From the NCBI GenBank assembly GCA_023378805.1, contig JAMCSQ010000044.1, forward strand, positions 1 to 49,520: a stretch of DNA of 49,520 bases, in the 5' to 3' direction. The notes beneath the pieces were generated by a model that was given only the letters and a program-made list of their open reading frames with translations, did no database searches and was not told the DNA's origin. Positions within the stretch are counted from its first letter, which is position 1; each line of letters begins with the position of its first letter. Origin of the DNA: Candidatus Parvarchaeota archaeon. Its GTDB lineage: Archaea > Nanobdellota > Nanobdellia > Parvarchaeales > Parvarchaeaceae. Shown piece after piece: positions 39,180-47,800 of this stretch. Made by a program: the position numbers and the translations under genes.

Positions 39180-39800
39180 ATGGCAAACTACGATGATCAG
39201 TATGATGTACAGAAATTAAATTATAAATCTCTGGAAGGATTTTCTGAAAAACAGATAAGCTTTCATCACGATGTTCATTATGCTGGCTACGTCAAAAAGA
39301 GAAATGAAGTACACGGCAAGCTAAAAACAGTCGATAAAGCCAATGCAAATGCAAATTATAGTGAGTTTAGATCATTAAAAAAAGAGGAGACATTTAATGC
39401 CAGTGGGCAGTTGCTTCATGAACTATATTTTGAAATGTTTGGTGGAGATGGGAAATACTCAGAGGATATGCCTCTTATAAAAAAAATAAATGAAGACTTT
39501 GGGAATTTTGAAAATTTTAAGCTAGATATGATGGCAACCGCAAAGGCGGCTAGGGGATGGGCAATACTTGCAATAGACCCAACTGATAACAAGCTTAGAA
39601 CCTTTTTGGCAGATGTACACAATGATGGAGCAGTATGGGGTTCAATACCTATAATAGCTTTGGACGTTTACGAACATGCCTTTTACGTTGACTATGGGCC
39701 AGACAAAGCTAAGTATCTAGAGCCATTTTTCAATAATTTAGACTGGAAAAAACTAAATGAAAGGTTTGTTAAATTCCAGAACGTTTACAAAAAGCAGTAA
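39180..39800 (+). CDS. sod: Fe/Mn superoxide dismutase
   Basis: HHDVHYAGY, LHELY, DVYEHAFY; AGGTGA SD upstream. Confidence 0.95.
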   Translation: MANYDDQYDVQKLNYKSLEGFSEKQISFHHDVHYAGYVKKRNEVHGKLKTVDKANANANYSEFRSLKKEETFNASGQLLHELYFEMFGGDGKYSEDMPLIKKINEDFGNFENFKLDMMATAKAARGWAILAIDPTDNKLRTFLADVHNDGAVWGSIPIIALDVYEHAFYVDYGPDKAKYLEPFFNNLDWKKLNERFVKFQNVYKKQ

Positions 39801-39821
39801 TTAATAGATAATGGCCTAAAT

Positions 39822-40127
39822 TTACTCTTTAACTTCACATATTCTATATGTTAAGCCAAAGGAGTACTTACATGCAAGATTACTAATCTTATTTTTTAAT
39901 TCGTATTTGTTTGAAACGGTGTAAAAATTAACGCCAATCGCGACAGTCAGGGGATTTAAAATTTTATAGCTTGAAGAATAAATCAATGAATCTTTTATCA
40001 AATCACCCTTAAAATCATTAGCTTTTGAAAAAACATCCAGATTTGGCCTGCCAAATAACGTTAAACTGCAATCAAATAGAAGCTCTTCTAAACTTCCATT
40101 TTTTTGATTTTGTACCATTCTAAACAC
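39822..40127 (-). CDS. Hypothetical ORF, possibly the 3' remnant of a frameshifted gene starting at 40249
   Basis: 101-aa GTG-start ORF preceded by short broken frames. Confidence 0.35.
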   Translation of the reverse strand: MFRMVQNQKNGSLEELLFDCSLTLFGRPNLDVFSKANDFKGDLIKDSLIYSSSYKILNPLTVAIGVNFYTVSNKYELKNKISNLACKYSFGLTYRICEVKE

Positions 40128-40331
40128 TCCTTTAATTCTTTTTCACTATGACGTGATCTTTACTTTCCTGCAATCTCCTTTATAAAAATAATCATTCTTG
40201 TAATATATAATTTAAGTAATTTTTCGATATCTAATAAGTCCTTTTGCATATTTTAATTTAATTACTTTTTAATTGTGAATTAATGACAAGTTCTAGTATA
40301 AATAATTAACTACTTTTAACAGTTAACTAAA

Positions 40332-40838
40332 CTAAGAAGGACTCTTATAATCGGATAACCTAATACTAGTTGCCGCTACAATTTTTTTAAATGATTCTTT
40401 ATCTAGATCTTTTATAACACCATAATTCAAGTATACTTTGTAATCACCAGAATGTAAATGTTTAATATATGCAGCGGGTATGACTTTTCTGTTCATTTTT
40501 ACGCCGAAGTACTCTTTCTCATAAGTATTATATCTTGTTACGTAGATCCCTGACATGTAAAACAAAGGAATGCTGTCATGCATAACACCGCTATTGTAAT
40601 CGGATGCGCCTCCGCTTGTTATTATATAATCACTTGATTTTCCGGGGAACCTTGAATCTTCCTTCCTATCTCTTACGAGATCAATTTTTATATTCTTAAA
40701 GTAATTAGATATGTCAATATATGGAAATTCTAATATATTCTCAGGATCTTCTTTTTTCAAATCCTCAAGAATTAAATCAAGATTTTTCCTTAATGTATCC
40801 ATCTCTTTAAACGCTTTATTTATATTTTTTCTAAACAT
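40332..40838 (-). CDS. Hypothetical soluble protein
   Basis: Open frame; ATG at 40838 avoids overlap with the upstream gene; no motif recognised. Confidence 0.6.
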   Translation of the reverse strand: MFRKNINKAFKEMDTLRKNLDLILEDLKKEDPENILEFPYIDISNYFKNIKIDLVRDRKEDSRFPGKSSDYIITSGGASDYNSGVMHDSIPLFYMSGIYVTRYNTYEKEYFGVKMNRKVIPAAYIKHLHSGDYKVYLNYGVIKDLDKESFKKIVAATSIRLSDYKSPS

Positions 40839-40890
40839 GTCTTTTAAAAGGAGATTAATCTTATAAAAACTTTCCCATCTCAAAATAAGA

Positions 40891-41208
40891 TTAATCTGGC
40901 TTATATCTATTTGATATAATATGCGCAAGAGCAAAAAAGAAAAATGAAGTGCCTAAAGCGTACACTAATATACTTAATAAATCAGAATTGTCTAAAAAAT
41001 TAAATAACTGCAACAAATAACCAGCTAAAAATATAAAGTTCATTGAGAGAAATAGTATAAATACGCTGATTGAATTCTTGTTAAGCCTTATCAACTGAAC
41101 GGCTTTTAAGGGGTTTTTATAAAAAGCCCTCGTAAATCTTATTACAGATACAACTATAATCACACCGATAAATGCAATCGAAATCGCTTCATAAACTCCG
41201 TTGCTCAT
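40891..41208 (-). CDS. Small 3-TM protein, B partner (copy 2)
   Basis: ATG at 41208 gives ATGA overlap; loop YKNPLKAVQLIRLNKNS. Confidence 0.7.
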   Translation of the reverse strand: MSNGVYEAISIAFIGVIIVVSVIRFTRAFYKNPLKAVQLIRLNKNSISVFILFLSMNFIFLAGYLLQLFNFLDNSDLLSILVYALGTSFFFFALAHIISNRYKPD

Positions 41209-41552
41209 AGATACCCCCAAAAAGATTTAGACCATCCGATTATTACATAACTGATAAGAAGATAAGTAACCGTTCCTAAAAGCTCTGCAACTATCTTGAT
41301 GTATTGATTGCTCATAACTGAACCAAATGAATAAACCACAAAGACCACAACAAATAAAATAGAAGCGAATAGGAGAACCGAGAAATTTTTCTTTGAATCT
41401 TTCTCATTTAATGCCCATCTAACTATTGGGGCTTTATCCTGCCTGTGTTTGTAGAGCACATAGATGTTTATTGTGCTCAGAATGGAAATAATCAAACCAT
41501 TTATCACTTCAAACAGTACCCAATAAAAATGAAAATCTTCATATAAGGCCAT
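41205..41552 (-). CDS. Small 3-TM protein, A member (copy 2)
   Basis: KHRQDKAPIVRWALN; terminal WSKSFWGYL. Confidence 0.8.
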   Translation of the reverse strand: MALYEDFHFYWVLFEVINGLIISILSTINIYVLYKHRQDKAPIVRWALNEKDSKKNFSVLLFASILFVVVFVVYSFGSVMSNQYIKIVAELLGTVTYLLISYVIIGWSKSFWGYL

Positions 41553-41660
41553 AGCGTATAAGCTTAATTAAATATTGTAAGTATAAAAATATTTTGTTTA
41601 ATTTAAATTTAGCTGATTTAAATAGATAATTATTTAAATAGAATTCTTCAATAATAAACA

Positions 41661-42107
41661 ATGAGAAAAACCAGTAAAAAATTGGGTTTATTTGAAAGTA
41701 ACCTCCTCCCTGTAGTAGGAAAACACGTTTTCGGCAATCTGTATGATGTAGAGGATTCCATTCTAAAAAACCTTGAATATCTTAAAGAATCGGTAATAGC
41801 TGCGGCAAAGGCAGGAAATCTTCACATAATTGATATAATGGAAAGACAGTTCAACACAATGAATTCCCCGGATCTTGGAGGAGTATCTATAATAGCGTTA
41901 ATAGTTGAAAGCCACATATCATTGCACACTTGGCCTGAAAGCAGGTACGCTACAGTTGATATATATTCCTGCGGGAATGAAAGTAACCCTTCGCTTTCAT
42001 TTGATTACATTGTTTCGATGATGAAGCCTAAAAGCTACAGAGTTTTCAGTGCCGACAGAAGCAATCCGTCGAGTGAAAATGAGACCAAAGTTTTCAATGA
42101 CTTTTAG
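41661..42107 (+). CDS. speD: Pyruvoyl-dependent decarboxylase proenzyme, SpeD/SpeH family (AdoMet or arginine)
   Basis: GKH, ESHISLHTWPE self-cleavage motif, DIYSCG. Confidence 0.85.
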   Translation: MRKTSKKLGLFESNLLPVVGKHVFGNLYDVEDSILKNLEYLKESVIAAAKAGNLHIIDIMERQFNTMNSPDLGGVSIIALIVESHISLHTWPESRYATVDIYSCGNESNPSLSFDYIVSMMKPKSYRVFSADRSNPSSENETKVFNDF

Positions 42108-42409
42108 GATAGAGACATAAAAAAGAAGAATAAAGTAAGAGTAGTAAACAATATGATATTACCGTATTCCCATATAAGAGTCATTGGATTACTTAGCGAA
42201 ACAAACGTAGTTATTCCGTAGTTTACTACTAAAACCAAAGTAGTCAGAAAGAAGAATACAAATGCATATTGTTTGTATTTTTTAATGTAAAACGAGGATA
42301 AAAACAAAGTTGGATTCCTATTGAGTTTTTTCCTTAGGATTAATATAAACATTAGCATTAATGTTCCCAAAATCAATAGAATAACTCCATATATAAAATC
42401 GATACTCAT
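42104..42409 (-). CDS. Small 3-TM protein, B partner (copy 3)
   Basis: ATGA overlap; AGGAGGT SD 4 nt upstream; loop NRNPTLFLSSFYIKK. Confidence 0.75.
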   Translation of the reverse strand: MSIDFIYGVILLILGTLMLMFILILRKKLNRNPTLFLSSFYIKKYKQYAFVFFFLTTLVLVVNYGITTFVSLSNPMTLIWEYGNIILFTTLTLFFFFMSLS

Positions 42410-42771
42410 AAAAACCTCCTAAAAAGCTTGAACCAGCGGAAAGATATGTATACGACGATAAACAACGCGATTATCCCAAACAGATACGCTGTATAAAAGA
42501 AAACCTTATCAATGCTGTACAATGAAGGATAACTATTAAGTATCTTCTGAAGGAAGGTAAACAACCCTGTTAAAAAAAGCATAAATGAGGGATAAATAAA
42601 CATGTTTAACTCTTTTGTAGCTGAATCTTTATTTAGAAAGAAAGAAGTCAATGGCGCCTTATCTTTTCTATGTTTAAAAATAGCGAAAAAAGTTACACTT
42701 GAAAATACTGAGCTCACAACTCCTCCGATAAAAAGTACAGCGAATATTACTGTGTAGGCGGTGTTTAGCAT
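42406..42771 (-). CDS. Small 3-TM protein, A member (copy 3)
   Basis: KHRKDKAPLTSFFLN; terminal WFKLFRRFL. Confidence 0.8.
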   Translation of the reverse strand: MLNTAYTVIFAVLFIGGVVSSVFSSVTFFAIFKHRKDKAPLTSFFLNKDSATKELNMFIYPSFMLFLTGLFTFLQKILNSYPSLYSIDKVFFYTAYLFGIIALFIVVYISFRWFKLFRRFL

Positions 42772-42807
42772 GATACATCTATTAATTAAGCATATTTATA
42801 ATTTTAT

Positions 42808-43251
42808 CTATTCAATTTTAAGAAATGCTAATATCTCTTCTGCATGCTTATCTGGAGAGACTTTTGGGTATATCTTCAGGATTTTGCAATTCTCATCTAA
42901 TATAAATGTCACTCTAGAAGCAACGCCTAACATAGATTTTATTCCAAGTTTCATAACAATCTTTTTATCGGAATCACTTAATAAGGTAAATGGTATGGAG
43001 TATTTACTTTTAAATTTTTTATGAGATTCTATACTGTCAATGCTTATTCCGAACACAGGAATCCCTAAAGATTTAAATGAATTGATATTATCACGGAAGC
43101 TGCATGCCTCTTTTGTACATCCTGGAGTATCATCTTTTGGATAAAAATATACTACGCTTTTTTTGCCCTTTAAATCGGACAAAGAAACTTCTTTTCCATC
43201 GTCTGCTTTAAGCCTGAAATCAGGGAATATATCCCCTTCTTTAACTTCCAT
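42808..43251 (-). CDS. bcp: Peroxiredoxin, Bcp/PrxQ type
   Basis: YFYPKDDTPGCTKEACSFRD. Confidence 0.95.
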   Translation of the reverse strand: MEVKEGDIFPDFRLKADDGKEVSLSDLKGKKSVVYFYPKDDTPGCTKEACSFRDNINSFKSLGIPVFGISIDSIESHKKFKSKYSIPFTLLSDSDKKIVMKLGIKSMLGVASRVTFILDENCKILKIYPKVSPDKHAEEILAFLKIE

Positions 43252-43286
43252 ATAGATATAAAGAAAAACATATATATAAGGATTAT

Positions 43287-43937
43287 ATGTCAGGTTTCGT
43301 TTTACTTGAGCAGAAAAAAGCTGAAATAGTTATAGAGACACTTGAAAACAAATACAAAAATGCGGGTTATTACCTTAATTTTAAGGGGCCTCTGCAACTT
43401 TTAGTTGCTGCGATATTATCTGCACAGACAAAGGATACGGTGGTAAATGAATTAACTCCAGAACTTTTCAGAAGGTACAAAACAGTAGAAGAGTTTGCAG
43501 AAGCTGATCCCTATGAGCTAATAAAATATGTGAAGAGAGTTAGCTTTGCAGAAAACAAGGTAAAACATATAATAAGCTGCTGTCGTATAATAAAAGAAAA
43601 GTACAAGGGGGATGTGCCTAATAAAATAGATGAGTTGCTTTCATTGCCTGGCGTTGGAAGAAAAACAGCAAATACAATTCTTATAAATGCGTTCAACATA
43701 ATAGAAGGCATACCGGTAGACACATGGGTAATAAAACTTTCTTATAGAATGGGATTAAGTAAAAGTAAAAAACCTGATGAAATAGAAAATGACCTTAAAG
43801 GCATTGTTAATAAAAATTATTGGAAGAATTTTGCTTATGTGCTTAAGGAACATGGCCATCAAATCTGCCAATCCATAAAACCGAAATGTGAGATATGTCC
43901 TATAAAAGAACTATGTCCAAAAAATGGGGTTAACTAA
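43287..43937 (+). CDS. nth: Endonuclease III
   Basis: LSAQT, HhH LPGVGRKTAN, VDT, C-x6-C-x2-C-x5-C 4Fe-4S motif. Confidence 0.95.
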   Translation: MSGFVLLEQKKAEIVIETLENKYKNAGYYLNFKGPLQLLVAAILSAQTKDTVVNELTPELFRRYKTVEEFAEADPYELIKYVKRVSFAENKVKHIISCCRIIKEKYKGDVPNKIDELLSLPGVGRKTANTILINAFNIIEGIPVDTWVIKLSYRMGLSKSKKPDEIENDLKGIVNKNYWKNFAYVLKEHGHQICQSIKPKCEICPIKELCPKNGVN

Positions 43938-44062
43938 ATATTTATTTTCACTTGGTAATACAGTGAATAATCTAAAATATATAATTTCATCATATAAAAG
44001 AGAGAAAAAAGCAAAAAGTATTTATGTAAGTTATGTTCTATTATAGAGTAGGGGGTTAAAAT

Positions 44063-44158
44063 ATGTCAAGTATAGTTTTAGTAGGTGCAGCGGTTTTGTA
44101 CTTATTGATACTTATCGCTATAATACTTAGAAACAATTCCCTTGCTTCAAGAGTTTAA
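44063..44158 (+). CDS. Putative 31-aa single-TM microprotein
   Basis: MSSIVLVGAAVLYLLILIAIILRNNSLASRV; AGGGGGT SD-like and TTTATGTA box upstream. Confidence 0.55.
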   Translation: MSSIVLVGAAVLYLLILIAIILRNNSLASRV

Positions 44159-44197
44159 AGCATCGGAAAATGCGCAGGTATCATTTATTTGTACTTA

Positions 44198-44716
44198 TTA
44201 AGGTCTGTTCTGATTTGTAAATTTACCGGAGTATTTTGCCTTTCCCTTTAATTCTTCAAATACTATCTGACAGATTTTGGTATTTGGCTTTATAACCAAT
44301 GCTATTGGAGATAGGTTAGCCATTTCTAATACTATCTTTCCCGAAGTACCGGGCTGCATAAAACCGCTGCTTATGTGTGTTAGCAGTCCTAATCTTGCAA
44401 ATCTTGATCTACCGTCTATCCTAGCAGATATATTTTGTGGAAGCGAGACTTTTTCTATTGTTATTGCATGAACTAATTCTCCTGGCTGGATAAGAAAACT
44501 TTCACCTTTCTTTATCTTTATTTCTTCTGTCAGTTCTTTGTAATCGGTATAATCATCCACTACAACTATTCTATTTACTTTTTTGAAAACTCTGAAAATA
44601 TAGCCTAATCTGAGATCAACGGATCCCGGGCCTATCTGCTTCCTATCTAATGGATCTATCCTTAACTTCTTAGAATCCAGAAGCTTTATTATTTCATCAT
44701 GCGATAATACCGCCAT
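44198..44716 (-). CDS. dcd: dCTP deaminase
   Basis: PGSVDLRLG, GRSRFARLG, LEMAN, KICQIVF. Confidence 0.92.
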   Translation of the reverse strand: MAVLSHDEIIKLLDSKKLRIDPLDRKQIGPGSVDLRLGYIFRVFKKVNRIVVVDDYTDYKELTEEIKIKKGESFLIQPGELVHAITIEKVSLPQNISARIDGRSRFARLGLLTHISSGFMQPGTSGKIVLEMANLSPIALVIKPNTKICQIVFEELKGKAKYSGKFTNQNRP

Positions 44717-44859
44717 AATTACTTAAATGCCTCATTCATTAAAAACATTTACTTTTTAACGTATTAATCTGGGCAATACACTAAAAATATGGTAAAGTAA
44801 TTTTCCAAAAACTCGTCTCAAAAAGCAAATCCTAACTGCAGAAGCCGATTATAGTATAG

Positions 44860-47800
44860 TTAAGAAACACTACCAAAAGTAATGGAAGGCATTACTCCGT
44901 TTGGAGGGAAATCTCTAATTAAAACCCAGTAAGCAGATATAGTTCCTCCGGCACTACCTCCGCCTCCGATACCTATCAGGGTTGGTTCGCTGATCGTCGT
45001 ATCAACCATCTGAACTTGATTAAAATTGAAATACCACCACGCTTTTGAACCATTGTTTGCCATTCCATAGACATTATAGGTATTGATAGGTTCACCAGGA
45101 GAATACCAATTAAATCCAGAATTATAGGTATAAGGATTGTAACTGGTTCCATCTATTCCCCAAGAAACGGCAACTTCATCAAATTTACTTGTGCCAGTTG
45201 CCCCAGTTGGATCAACATACCCTTCTATTATATTAGAAGTTGCAGGAATACTAATGTCAGCTAATGCTCCGGAAGCCACCGTTATCCCATTGTTAACTGT
45301 CACACTTCCATAACCGTTATTTGCATTTACCCATCCACTTGGCAGACTTGTTCCATTAAAGTTCCAATAGTTATTGAATATATTAGCACCGTCATCGTAT
45401 TCTGTATATGTTGAGGATAATTGCGGTGCTTCACCGTCGTTTACTGCATTAAACAGGTTTTTAGTTTTATTAACTAACCCCATATAAATCGTTATTTTTG
45501 AATTTGCGGGAATGCTGCCGACTTTTACCCACCAGATTGCATTTGTTGATGTATAATTCTCTAGCCAACTGGGTATTACTGTTCCATTCGCATAGAAGAA
45601 TTCTACGTTTTGACCGAAAGCAGCCGTTTGACTGGTATTGATGTATGTCCAGCTGCCGTCTGTTGAAGAAACATTAACCATCTGCTGGAATGGACTTGGA
45701 GTTGCTGATGACTGCGTGTTTGATATGTTAAGTTCCTGGTATTCCTGGAAATCTGAAAATGAAACCGTTGAAGAGAGTACTCTTTCATAATAGGTTACGT
45801 TAAGTATTCCTGATGAGTTGGAATGAGCCGTGACTTTGTATAATCCTGCTGATAGTGTTTTCAGGTAAGTTGCCTTTCCTTTTGTAAGAGGTGCTACCTC
45901 TGTTCCATTGACATATATGGAAACGTAATAGTTGTTTGAAGATGCAACCGCTGTGAAATTAGATTGGCTGCTGTTTATTATGCTGTTATTTGCATTAACT
46001 ACGCCATTTAGATACAAGCTTAGACTTGGGATTTCTACGGTAGGCATTATTCCATTTGGCGGGTAGGCACGAATTCTAAGCCACTTAGTTGTGATGTAAG
46101 CATTATTATCTGGACTTATTTCTGGGGATAAAGTTGTACCTAAATATGCTGAGTCTATACCTCCAGTAATTTCATTCGAATATGAATATAAGATAGGAAC
46201 TGAAGTAGAATCTACCCAGTACTCAGAATATACATAATACGTTCCGGAAGAAGGTTCGGGGTTAAAGTACGGCCCATTACCATTATTATTGTTATTTCCT
46301 ATCCTTGAGAATCCAATACCTCCATTATTCCAACCTGGACCAAATGCTTCGCTTCCTGAAGAAGTTGAAATAGCTAAACCTATATTTCCATACAGTGTTC
46401 CGCTTCCATACAAGTCTGTAAAAGAATCCATGATGAAATCTGTAGAGGACTGTAGCTTTAAATTTGAAGATATGCCGTAGTTGGGTTCTACTGTCACTCC
46501 GTTATTTACTGTATAGCCTGATCCTGTCCATCCTGTTGGCAGGCTTGTCCCTGCGAAATTCTCATAATAATTGAATACGTTAATCCCGTCATCGTATTCT
46601 GCATATGTTGGTGATAGCTGCGGAGCTTCTCCTGTTGTCTTATTGTTGAATAAGTCAGTGGTATTGGAAGCAAAACCTATCGCTATGTTAGTTAGAGTAG
46701 CATTTGCAGGTATGCCATTCGGTAATTTTATCCAGAATATGGCATACTTTGAAGTATAATTCTCAAGCCAGCTATCTATTACCTTATCATTTGTCATATT
46801 TATGAATTCTAAGTTCTGGAAATCATGGCCACTGCTGAGATTTACATACTTTTTGTATGCAGAATAAGAGAAATTAACCATCTGCTGGAATGGCTGTGAA
46901 GTTGCATTATGCTGCATATTTTTTATGTTTATAGGTATATAATACTCCAAAAACGAAGCCAAGCTTGGATATATCGTTCTTTTTATAGTTATTGAATCGG
47001 CTGTATAATTCTTATTTCCGCTACTATTCAGAACTATCGTATAGTTACCAGAGTAGCTGCCTAAATTTACTAGAGCATTTGATGTTATTGTCTGATTTAA
47101 AACGCCATTTATGTATAAATTTGCAGATAATTGATTATTGATTGTAAAAGTAGATGCATTTATTATAAGATTTGTTCCATTGGATGTATAATTTTCCTTT
47201 GGAATTGATGTCAAATTAAGGTAAGAATTTGCTTTGTTTATAGTCTCATAATAGGAGATATTCCCAATATCTGTTGAATTTGATCCACCAGTTACTTTTA
47301 TCTTGCCCGCAGCCAAGATACCGGAATCCGTTGAAATATTCTTAGAAAAGCCAGTTAAGGATTTTACTGAACTATTAATTGTTTCCCACAGTTTCACGTA
47401 ATGGTCATATGATTCCACTGTAAAATTACTATCTTTACCGTAGGTTGCTGTAATGTTGTTGTTTGAAAAGCCATTTATAAACAGATTTATAGGTTTTGTA
47501 ATCAGCGCATTAAGCTTAACCGAAGGCATTACTCCGTTTGGTGGGTAGGCACGAATTCTAAGCCATTCAACATTAATAGGGTATGTTGTTGAAAAAGAGG
47601 TTTGTGATGGATTTAACCAATTTGATATGGTAATGTATAATGGAGTAGTTGGGACTAAGTCTATTGTTGAAGCATAAGGTGAAAGAGAATTATAAGAAAC
47701 GGAAAAACTACCATTATCTGGATAAATAACACCAAAAATATTGTAATTGTTATTTGAAGGGATGTAATTAGAGTCAACAAAGCCATTATAGGAGCTTGAA

